64,000 nt of DNA from a bacterium (GTDB taxonomy: Bacteria > Zhuqueibacterota > Zhuqueibacteria > Residuimicrobiales > Krinioviventaceae), in assembly GCA_963675755.2 (NCBI GenBank), contig CAXXMD010000003.1, positions 864,001 to 928,000 on the forward strand, read 5' to 3'. Position numbers and translations under genes: made by a program. Shown in pieces: positions 1 through 8,523 of the stretch (position 1 is its first letter; the number at the start of each line of letters is the position of its first letter). A model generated the notes under the pieces. The model saw nothing but the letters and a program-made list of their open reading frames with translations. It was not told the origin of the DNA and did no database searches.

Positions 1-112
1 AGATGCCGGGTGGAATATTGCGGGACGAATGTCCCTGTATGATATTCCACGATGCAGCAGTCTGCATCGCGATCAGTAAATAAATACTGGACATTCTTCA
101 TTTTAATTCCCC
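1..112. repeat. Four-way-junction repeat, copy 1 (truncated by window start) plus 36-nt tail shared with copy 2
   Basis: Near-identical to 1125-1236; tail TAAATAAATACTGGACATTCTTCATTTTAATTCCCC identical at 77-112 and 1201-1236. Confidence 0.9.
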
Positions 113-121
113 AAAGTTATT

Positions 122-790
122 TTAAAATAAATAACCAATAGTAAACTTTATACTATCTATTTTATCTTGAAGACTTACTCCTTCTATATTTTTTGTTGAA
201 TACTTTGCTTGAATAACATTTATAGACAATGCAATTTGTTTATATGAAAATCGAAAACCTAAATAATAATTTTCTGTAGAACCGATCTTGCTATCTACAA
301 GTATATAATCGAATTTGTATGGTTTTTCTTCAGGTTGCAGTTGTCTTATTTTTTTAGCTTGATTTGTTGTATTATCCTTTAATGGAATTGAAACACTATA
401 CCCCATGAAAATATCAAATGAGAAATTTCCTCCAAAATTAAAAGTATATCCGGCTTGTAATGGTAATTCTAAAAGTGAAATATTGATATCAAAATCACCC
501 GTCATTACAAATGATGCATATTCTGGTGGACTCATTGAAGGCCAAGTCCGTTCTTTGATATCAAATCGTTTATTCTGATAAAATAACCCTGTACCCACAA
601 AACCGCCAAAGGTTTTCACTGGATAGTAATCCAATCCCAATCCTGTAGAAAATCCAAATTTTGGTGTACATGGATCATTACGAAATGTAGATTGGTTGAC
701 GCCCAGTTCCACATATTGTACTGTTTTGGCCGTAACGTTTTGTGTAAAAAGCAATACCAGTACCCCAAAAAGAATTTTAAAAGTATTCAT
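122..790 (-). CDS. Outer-membrane beta-barrel protein (porin/PorT-like), paralog 1
   Basis: Signal peptide, amphipathic strands, C-terminal GYLF; ATG at 790 after AGGA aligns with MNIFK of paralog 2. Confidence 0.8.
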   Translation of the reverse strand: MNTFKILFGVLVLLFTQNVTAKTVQYVELGVNQSTFRNDPCTPKFGFSTGLGLDYYPVKTFGGFVGTGLFYQNKRFDIKERTWPSMSPPEYASFVMTGDFDINISLLELPLQAGYTFNFGGNFSFDIFMGYSVSIPLKDNTTNQAKKIRQLQPEEKPYKFDYILVDSKIGSTENYYLGFRFSYKQIALSINVIQAKYSTKNIEGVSLQDKIDSIKFTIGYLF

Positions 791-1022
791 AGCCAATCCT
801 TTTAAAAATAAAAGATTTTAGTATAAAAGATTGATCCCTACAGCGACCTTATAGCGATTCCCCTTATCGTAATGATATACCCCGTCACACATGAATACCC
901 CTTGCGAATTATGTAATCAATAATTATTGTGTTTTGTACTTCCCTGTGAAATGCTGTTGTGAAAAATTGTCAATCTGCTTCCCACCCGGTTAACAATTAC
1001 AACAACATTATATATCTTTTAG

Positions 1023-1051
1023 AGTATAAGTAATTTGATCTCATTTGTAAA
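1023..1051 (-). promoter_or_regulatory. Sigma70-type promoter for beta-barrel paralog 1
   Basis: TTTACA-N17-TATACT on the minus strand. Confidence 0.6.
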
Positions 1052-1096
1052 GCAAAATATTCGCAACAATCGCAAAAAAAACAATCTTAACTTCAT

Positions 1097-1236
1097 TTGA
1101 TCACCCGGCAATCCGCCAGCTGACGGATGCCGGGTGGAATATTACGGGACGAATGTCCCTATAAGATATTCCACGATGCAGAAATCTGCATCACGATCAG
1201 TAAATAAATACTGGACATTCTTCATTTTAATTCCCC
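1097..1236. repeat. Four-way-junction repeat, copy 2 (1097-1200) plus tail
   Basis: TTGATC | ACCCGGCA..TGCCGGGT | GGAATAT..GGGAC-GAAT-GTCCC..ATATTCC | ACGATGCAG-AAAT-CTGCATCAC | GATCAG. Confidence 0.9.
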
Positions 1237-1256
1237 CAAGTTTTTGATTGTTTTTG

Positions 1257-1931
1257 TTAAAACAGAAATGCAAATGAAATTTTGATACTATCAATTTTAT
1301 CTCCCAAACTTGTATTTACTATATTTTCAGTTGCTGTTCTTGCACTCAAGTAATCTATACTGATAGACATGTTACGATAGGCTATACTTGTGCCGACCAG
1401 GAGATAGTTTGATGACGTTACATGTGTTTCATCCTTTTGCACATAATCAAATTCGAGATTTTCCTTTTCCTCCGGTGCAATTTCTCTACTTCTTTTTGGG
1501 TTCGATGTTGTGTTATCATTGAGAGGTACAGAAATAGCATAACCAGATAAAAAGGTTAAGGTAATGTGTTTTCCCACATCAATGGAATAACCCAACTTGA
1601 TGGGTATTTCAATGAATGTTATATTGATATCAAAATCTTTAATTGATACAAAAGAAGGTGTTGCTGGCGGGGCAGCAGAAGGTAACGTACGGTCCTTGAT
1701 ATCCATTTTTTTATTTTGAATACCCAGACCCCACCCCCAAAACCCCCCGAATTTTTGCCACGGATAGTAATCTATTCCCAATCCCCCGGAAATACCGTAA
1801 CCCGGCGTACAGCTTTCGTTACGGAAGGTTGACCGGTTTATGCCCAGTTCCACATATTTTACAGTTTTGGCCGCAACATTTTGTGTAAAAAGCAATACCA
1901 GTACCCAAAAAGGAATTTTAAAAATATTCAT
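1257..1931 (-). CDS. Outer-membrane beta-barrel protein, paralog 2
   Basis: Clear paralog of 122-790 (LLFTQNV.AKTV.YVELG.N.STFRN..CTP; DKIDSIK); C-terminal F; GGAGAGG RBS. Confidence 0.85.
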   Translation of the reverse strand: MNIFKIPFWVLVLLFTQNVAAKTVKYVELGINRSTFRNESCTPGYGISGGLGIDYYPWQKFGGFWGWGLGIQNKKMDIKDRTLPSAAPPATPSFVSIKDFDINITFIEIPIKLGYSIDVGKHITLTFLSGYAISVPLNDNTTSNPKRSREIAPEEKENLEFDYVQKDETHVTSSNYLLVGTSIAYRNMSISIDYLSARTATENIVNTSLGDKIDSIKISFAFLF

Positions 1932-1945
1932 TTCCTCTCCAAAAA

Positions 1946-2611
1946 TTAAAACTCATACCCCAATAAAATTAAATATGAATGCATCTCTTCATCATCAATA
2001 TCAGCTTTTCCCACTGTTTGAATTTCATAGAAATCATACATATAACGAAATTCTAACGAAATATGAAAAACTGACAATCCAAATCCTGAATGCAAACTCC
2101 AACCATTTTCAAATGCCGGATTTCCCATTTCCAGAATATAATCATAATCATATTTCACATTCGACCAATCATCCATATCGTGAATTTCAAAAAGGAATTC
2201 CTGTCTATTAGTTTTTGACATGTAAAATATTCTTGTAGAAAAAGACGGGCCGGCATAAAGGTTAAATCCTATTTTTTTATTTATTTGATAATGGTTTTTT
2301 AATAATAATGGGAATTCTATTACTCCTATGGAATAATTTATATTATGTGAAAAAATAGCCCCAGTATATGTTCCACCTAAAATAACATCATTCATTTCTC
2401 CTTTTTTAGCAGAATACATCAATTCTAAATTAATTGAAAAATATGTATTTACCGGATTATTTTTATAAAAACATAGTGTTGTTCCCGGTTTTGCTTTTGT
2501 TTCAATCGATCTGAACTTTGAAAAATTAGTTCCTATTTTGATTCCATAATTACTATCAGCATATATGGATGATAAAGAGAATAAAATTAAAACAATACAA
2601 AGACGTTTCAT
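1946..2611 (-). CDS. Outer-membrane beta-barrel protein, divergent paralog 3
   Basis: Signal peptide, GIKIGTNFS, IEFPLLLK, YAGPSFS, C-terminal GYEF; AAGGAG RBS. Confidence 0.85.
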   Translation of the reverse strand: MKRLCIVLILFSLSSIYADSNYGIKIGTNFSKFRSIETKAKPGTTLCFYKNNPVNTYFSINLELMYSAKKGEMNDVILGGTYTGAIFSHNINYSIGVIEFPLLLKNHYQINKKIGFNLYAGPSFSTRIFYMSKTNRQEFLFEIHDMDDWSNVKYDYDYILEMGNPAFENGWSLHSGFGLSVFHISLEFRYMYDFYEIQTVGKADIDDEEMHSYLILLGYEF

Positions 2612-2738
2612 TATTAACTCCTTTTATAAATTGATCTTGAATTTAGCATACCTCTACGGCGGTCTGAAGGCGTTTCCCCTTGCTTTCATAATGTACCCCA
2701 CAGTACATGAGCATCTCTTTGCGAATTAGATTACAGTA

Positions 2739-3187
2739 TTCACGTGTAGTACGACCCCGTGTAGCGCTGAATTACAAACGAGTTCCCTGATCATTCGTTA
2801 TAATTTACACATCCAGCACTCTTTTTTAGGATAGATAAATTATTCGATCTTGTCAAGGGGAATTGTGTTCTTGAGCAATTTTTTATTATATGTCATCGGT
2901 TGTCAGTGAGCTAACCGAGGGGATTGGGACCAGGAGGAGAAAGAGTAAACGGCCCTTGTCCTTCGATACGTCCCGAATCAACATGTCGCGATGCAAAAAA
3001 TCTATGTCGCAATCATAGAAAAAAACAAGATAAATACCAGGCCTTCGATACTTGAATCCATTCACCCTTGGCGAATGGATTCAAACTCAGGCACCGGTTA
3101 TTGATAATAAAGGGAGGCAGTCCGCTTTCAGCGGACAAACGAAATAAATTTCGTTCTACATGTAGATCCCATTTTAATGGGATTGTC
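2739..3187. repeat. 449-bp direct repeat, copy D1
   Basis: Colinear with 5033-5481 (offset 2294, no indels, about 10 substitutions by manual count). Confidence 0.95.
2828..2856 (-). promoter_or_regulatory. Sigma70-type promoter in D1 for beta-barrels 3 and 2
   Basis: TTGACA-N17-TATCCT on the minus strand. Confidence 0.7.
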
Positions 3188-3293
3188 CACCGTTAGGTGG
3201 ACTGTCTCCAAGACAATAAAAACACCCCCCTTAACATATTGGATAAACGGAGTTTATCCAGCCATGGCGTTCCCAAACAGGAGTTTGGGAACG
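3036..3293. repeat. Cluster of REP-like palindromes
   Basis: CCTTCGATAC-[TTGAATCCATTC..GAATGGATTCAA]-ACTCAGG; AACGAAATAAATTTCGTT-CTAC back to back with GTAG-ATCCCATTTTAATGGGAT; GTCCACCGTTAGGTGGAC; CGTTCCCAAAC-AGGA-GTTTGGGAACG. Confidence 0.7.
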
Positions 3294-3587
3294 AGAAAAA
3301 TACTATGCTAACAAGCAAAATCGTAAAATAAATCACTTTTTTTTCTTTCATGTCAAGCTCCATATTAAATGTGTAATACTTTAAAGAGAATAAACATTTT
3401 GAAACATTATGTAAATAACAACTTGACAACTGCTATGCCTAAAATCAATTTAAGGTGCCACCATATTCGGTTTTCCAAATCTGCCCTTAATAAACACATA
3501 ATCAAATTCCCCCTTATTATTCAAATTGCTATTTTCAATTTTATTACTTTTATAATAATTTGTTTAATATGGTGTTAATATAATTCA

Positions 3588-4838
3588 TTACCAAAGGACA
3601 CTTACCCCCCTGTTTTTCAAAATGGGTATATATTCATTGATTGAAAGACTGTCAAGTGGATTGTCTGATAGAATAATACTAACCCCCTCTTGTAATCCTG
3701 TATTGTTAACCAGGGGTTCAATATTACTAATGTTATTGTGACTCATTGTAAGAAAATTAAGATTTGTTAATTTTTCTAACGATGAAATATCAGTTATATT
3801 ATTATAATCTAATTGTAATCTTTCAAGCTTTGTAAGTGTTGATAAAGGGGATATGTCAGAAATATGATTATGCTTTAAAAACAACAGTTCAAGCTTAATA
3901 AGGTTTGTTAACGGTTGAATTGTACTTATGTCGCATTTAGATAACCAAAGAAGACGCAAATTTACTAATTGGGTCAATGAGGTTATATCTTTTACTGATG
4001 AACCACTTAGCCATAATTCTTCCAAATGAACGAAATTGGATAGTATGGAAATATCACTGATTTGGAAATTGTACATAATATTGAGATATGTTAATTTTAC
4101 TAAATTCCGTAAAGGAGAGATATTCGTTATTTCGTTTGAATCCAGGTTTAGATAACGCAATTCAGTTAGGTCAGCTAATGGGGTAACATCTCTGATTTTA
4201 TAATTCTGACTGAAATTAACATGCTGCAAGTTTATCAAATTTGATAGTGGTGATAAATCTTCAATTTGCTGTAATACCATTGACAGATATTCCAGATTAT
4301 CACATTGTTCAACGCCATCTAATGTTGTGACGTCCTGAGTTACAATATCCCAAGATTTTAATGAATCCAGAGAGGCAAGTTCCGTATTTGATATTTTCAG
4401 CTTTGGGCTTTTTATCTGGAGGCGAGCGTGTAATTCCAACGCAGGATCTTTGAATGATACTTGTTCTCTTGGCAATACCGTTACGACCACTTGATCGGTA
4501 TTGCTTTGTTCACTCTCATTTGTAATTGTTAAAGTGTATTTATATGTCCCTTCTTTAAGAAAACCAAGCGTCTGGACCAACTTGTCTTTACCTTCTCCAG
4601 AAAATATAAATGATTCATTCGGGTTGTCAATATCTGCTGACCATTCACACCAGTAACTGTCCCCCGGTCCAGGATTCGATGACGTGGCATCTAATGTCAC
4701 ATACCCCCCCACAATTGTAGTTTGGTCAGGTCCGGCATTGGCAATCAAAGAATCGGTCGGTTCTGATGCGTTTTTATTACAACTGATGGTAACTAAAATC
4801 AAACAAATCAAAATACCCCAAAATGTGTTTTTTATCAT
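3588..4838 (-). CDS. Internalin-like leucine-rich-repeat lipoprotein with N-terminal PKD/Ig-like domain
   Basis: Lipobox-like VTISC; ANAGPDQT PKD-like motif; FKDPALE cap; ~22-aa LRRs (LxxLxLxxNxIxDISPL). Confidence 0.9.
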   Translation of the reverse strand: MIKNTFWGILICLILVTISCNKNASEPTDSLIANAGPDQTTIVGGYVTLDATSSNPGPGDSYWCEWSADIDNPNESFIFSGEGKDKLVQTLGFLKEGTYKYTLTITNESEQSNTDQVVVTVLPREQVSFKDPALELHARLQIKSPKLKISNTELASLDSLKSWDIVTQDVTTLDGVEQCDNLEYLSMVLQQIEDLSPLSNLINLQHVNFSQNYKIRDVTPLADLTELRYLNLDSNEITNISPLRNLVKLTYLNIMYNFQISDISILSNFVHLEELWLSGSSVKDITSLTQLVNLRLLWLSKCDISTIQPLTNLIKLELLFLKHNHISDISPLSTLTKLERLQLDYNNITDISSLEKLTNLNFLTMSHNNISNIEPLVNNTGLQEGVSIILSDNPLDSLSINEYIPILKNRGVSVLW

Positions 4839-5032
4839 TACGTTTCCTTTTCTTTATTAAGATCATATTTATTAAAAAATTAATCAATAGGAAAAACTCT
4901 AGTTTAAAATTGAGTTAATATCTCCACAACAGTTTACTCATAGAGTTGAACATTTAAACTAATTCAGATAGCGCCAGATATCAAGTCGCTTTTATAGCTT
5001 CTGTAATGACAAATAATATAGAATAAATATAT

Positions 5033-5481
5033 TTCACGTGTAGTACGACCCCGTGTAGCGCTGAATTACAAACGAGTTCCCTCATCATTCGTTATAATTT
5101 ACACATCCAGCACTCTTTTTTAGGATAGATAAATTATTCGATCTTGTCAAGGGGAATTGTGTTCTTGAGCAATTTTTTGTTATATGTCATCGGTTGTCAG
5201 TGAGCTAACCGAGGGGATTGGGACCAGGAGGAGAAAGAGTAAACGGCCCTTGTCCTTCGATACGTCCCGAATCAACATGTCGCGATGCAAAAAATCTATG
5301 TCGCAATCATAGAAAAAAACAAGATTGATACCGGACCTTCGATACTTGAATCCATTCACCCTTGGCGAATGGATTCAAACTCAGGCACCGGTTATTGATA
5401 ATAAAGGGAGGCAGTCCGCTTGCAGCAGACAAACGAAATAAATTTCGTTCTACTTGTAGGTCCCATTTTAATGGGATTGTC
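5033..5481. repeat. 449-bp direct repeat, copy D2
   Basis: Matches 2739-3187. Confidence 0.95.
5122..5150 (-). promoter_or_regulatory. Sigma70-type promoter in D2 for the LRR gene
   Basis: Same TTGACA-N17-TATCCT as in D1. Confidence 0.65.
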
Positions 5482-5558
5482 AACTGCCAGGAGGACTGGA
5501 GAGTGTGCCAAAACGTCTAGCATAAAAAATATTATCCAGCATTGCGTTTATATCAGTA

Positions 5559-5662
5559 TTGATCACCCGGCAATCCGCCAGCCGGTGGATGCCGGGTCGA
5601 ATATTACGGGACGAATGTCCCTGTATGATATTCCACGATGCAGAAATCTGCATCGCGATCAG
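5559..5662. repeat. Four-way-junction repeat, copy 3
   Basis: Matches 1097-1200; similarity falls off just outside the GATC ends. Confidence 0.9.
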
Positions 5663-5933
5663 TTTATTTATAACCCACCTGAGGTGGGTAAACGAAAAAA
5701 AATTCGTTCTACAGCTAATCGGGCCTATTTTTTATCCTATCATCCTTGAATCTTAAAAATCTTAATTCAGACAATTCTCCCGGGATTTTTTAAATGTATG
5801 AAACCCGGGCCACAGGCTCTGGCTACGGACTAATTCTTTTTACCTGACAAGCAAAGCAATGAACAGAACGGTCCAATTTTACTGTTTCAATAATGTTTAT
5901 AAATTAGTATTTTATAAGAAAACCGGAGATTCT

Positions 5934-7178
5934 ATGAGCTTATCAGAACCGTTAAAAAAACCATATATTTTTGAATTAACAGGTGTTGTACAGCATTACA
6001 GTTGGGGCGGCACCCGCTATATCCCCAATTTGATTAACATTGAAAACAATGATCAAAAATCTTTTGCCGAATACTGGCTGGGCGCACACGACAAGGCCCC
6101 TTCAACAGCAAGCGTTCATGACAATCAGGCGTTATTGAATGAACTGATCAAAAATTCACCGGATATGCTGCTTGGCAAAGAAACCCTTGATCGTTTTGGC
6201 CCAAGTTTGCCGTATCTGTTCAAAGTATTAGACGCAAGAGACATGCTCTCTATTCAGGTGCACCCCTCAAAGGATCAGGCAGAAGCTGGTTTTGAACGTG
6301 AAAACAAGGCAGGTATAGCGCTGAATGCACCAAACCGCAATTACAAAGACAACAACCACAAACCGGAAGTGCATGTAGCCCTGACCGATTTTTGGATGCT
6401 GCACAGCTTTCGCGAAGCCCAGGAGATTGATCATCTTTTAGAAAAGACCGAAGAATTTGCATCACTGTTGCCCGTTTTTAAAGAGGGTGGCATTGAGGCG
6501 CTGTATAGTCATATCATGCAGCTGCCCCAAACAGAAATAGATTCAATCCTGAATCCCATGTTCAACCGCTTGACACCCAAATATTACAATCGTGAATTGA
6601 ACAAAGAGAATCCCGATTACTGGGCGGTTCTGTCTGCGATCAAGTTCCCCATTGAAGGCGGTCATCGTGACCGGGGAATTTTCTCCATTTATCTGTTTAA
6701 TTTAATCCACCTCAAACCCGGCGAAGCCACATACCAGGCAGCGGGAGTACCGCACGCTTATCTGCAAGGTACCAATATGGAGCTGATGGCAAACTCGGAC
6801 AATGTGCTGCGCGGAGGGTTAACTCCCAAACATGTAGATGTGCCGGAACTGCTGAAAACCCTGAATTTTAAAGGCCAGCACCCAGATATCATCAGGGGAG
6901 AAAACATTTCCAAGGTTGAATCTGTCTACGCTACGCCGGCACCCGATTTTGAGCTGTCCCGTGTTTGTATTGATCGTGATAATCGATATAAAAGCCAGGA
7001 ACAACACGGCGCAGATATATGGATCGTTATGGAAGGTGATACAGATGTTTGCGGCAAAACCAATGTGATCAACCGCAAACGGGGCGAGGCATTTTTTGTC
7101 CCTGCGGACCTGCCCTATTCCGTAAAAACAGAGTCAACCGCACAGCTCTATAAAGCAACCGTACCTATGAATCAATAA
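5934..7178 (+). CDS. manA: Mannose-6-phosphate isomerase, class I
   Basis: QHYSWGG, AEYWLGAH, LPYLFKVL, LSIQVHP, DNNHKPE, PHAYL, SDNVLRGGLT; GGAG RBS before ATG 5934. Confidence 0.95.
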   Translation: MSLSEPLKKPYIFELTGVVQHYSWGGTRYIPNLINIENNDQKSFAEYWLGAHDKAPSTASVHDNQALLNELIKNSPDMLLGKETLDRFGPSLPYLFKVLDARDMLSIQVHPSKDQAEAGFERENKAGIALNAPNRNYKDNNHKPEVHVALTDFWMLHSFREAQEIDHLLEKTEEFASLLPVFKEGGIEALYSHIMQLPQTEIDSILNPMFNRLTPKYYNRELNKENPDYWAVLSAIKFPIEGGHRDRGIFSIYLFNLIHLKPGEATYQAAGVPHAYLQGTNMELMANSDNVLRGGLTPKHVDVPELLKTLNFKGQHPDIIRGENISKVESVYATPAPDFELSRVCIDRDNRYKSQEQHGADIWIVMEGDTDVCGKTNVINRKRGEAFFVPADLPYSVKTESTAQLYKATVPMNQ

Positions 7179-7190
7179 CAGGAATTCCCT

Positions 7191-8429
7191 ATGAACATAT
7201 ATGCTATTATAATTCTCGTCACAATCATTCTGGATTATGTAATTGACCTGATAACAGACCTGCTCAACCTGAAATCTCTCAGCGGCGAGCTGCCGCAGGA
7301 ATTTGAGGGCTATTACGATGCGGAAAAGTACCGTAAATCACAGGACTATACCCGTGTTAATACACGTTTCGGGTTTATCACCGACACATTCGGGCTGGTT
7401 GTTACTCTGGTGTTCTGGTTCGCGGGTGGATTTCAGTACCTGGATTCCATTGTACGCGCCTGGCACCTGCACGAAATCTGGACCGGTTTGGCCTATATGG
7501 GCATTCTGGTAGCGGCACGGATGATCATCGGGCTGCCGTTCAGCATCTATTCAACATTTGTGATTGAAGAAAAATTCGGATTTAATCAAACCACGGTAAA
7601 AACGTTTATTCTGGATATCATCAAAGGTATCTTTCTTGGCATCCTCATTGGGGGACCACTGCTGGCAGGAGTTTTGGCATTTTTCCAGTATGCCGGCAGC
7701 ATGGCCTGGCTGTATTGCTGGATTGTGGTAACTATTTTCACACTCATCATCCAGTACATTGCCCCCACATGGATCATGCCCCTGTTTAACAAATTCAAGC
7801 CAATAGAAGACGGTGAGCTCAAAAGCAGTATCATGCAAATGGCAGAAGAGGTTAAGTTCCCGCTCAAAGAAGTAATGATTATGGATGGTTCCAAGCGTTC
7901 CAGCAAATCCAATGCGTTTTTCACCGGATTCGGCAAAAACAAACGCATCGCCCTGTTCGACACCCTGGTAGAACGTCATACCGTTGGCGAGTTGGTGGGT
8001 GTGCTGGCTCACGAGATCGGGCATTATAAAAAGAAACACATCCTCAAAGGCATGATTATCAGTATTGCACACTCGGGTGTGATGTTTTTTCTGCTGTCGC
8101 TGTTTATTTCACAAAAAGGACTCTTTGACGCGTTTTATATGCAGAATATATCCGTATATGCCGGACTGTTATTCTTTGGGATGCTCTACTCCCCCATTGA
8201 AATGATCTTGTCTATTTTCATGCAGATATCATCCCGTAAACACGAGTACGAAGCAGACCGGTTCGCGGTAGAAACCACCAAAGAGGGTGAAACCTTTATC
8301 GAAGCGTTGAAAAAGCTGGTGGTGCACAATCTTGGCAACCTGCGTCCGCATCCGGTTTATGTGTTTTTCAACTATTCTCACCCACCGGTGATGGAACGCA
8401 TTCGGGCCATTAGAGAGATAAAACCATAG
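7191..8429 (+). CDS. M48 family (Ste24-like) membrane zinc metalloprotease
   Basis: Multiple TM helices, NAFFTGFG, HEIGH zinc motif, EYEAD, SHPP. Confidence 0.92.
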   Translation: MNIYAIIILVTIILDYVIDLITDLLNLKSLSGELPQEFEGYYDAEKYRKSQDYTRVNTRFGFITDTFGLVVTLVFWFAGGFQYLDSIVRAWHLHEIWTGLAYMGILVAARMIIGLPFSIYSTFVIEEKFGFNQTTVKTFILDIIKGIFLGILIGGPLLAGVLAFFQYAGSMAWLYCWIVVTIFTLIIQYIAPTWIMPLFNKFKPIEDGELKSSIMQMAEEVKFPLKEVMIMDGSKRSSKSNAFFTGFGKNKRIALFDTLVERHTVGELVGVLAHEIGHYKKKHILKGMIISIAHSGVMFFLLSLFISQKGLFDAFYMQNISVYAGLLFFGMLYSPIEMILSIFMQISSRKHEYEADRFAVETTKEGETFIEALKKLVVHNLGNLRPHPVYVFFNYSHPPVMERIRAIREIKP

Positions 8430-8523
8430 CAGCACAATAAATCACAAACCAAAAGGGGTACGGTTATGTCAAAATCTTTTAAAATATTTTTGTTAAAAAT
8501 TCTAACTTGAAACGGAGCTATAC

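Noticed and set aside
1097-1200. Hairpin or hammerhead ribozyme reading of the four-way junction
   Set aside because: No loop A/loop B consensus and no CUGANGA/GAAA core found on either strand
3193-3578. ORFs of 78 aa (-) and 69 aa (+)
   Set aside because: Run through palindromes or AT-rich spacer; no recognisable motif
1-5662. CRISPR array or classical integron reading of the repeats
   Set aside because: Repeats are >100 nt and irregularly spaced; no cas or intI gene; no RYYYAAC/GTTRRRY attC ends
5420-5756. ORFs of 109 and 65 aa
   Set aside because: Translations of the D2 end and the junction repeat
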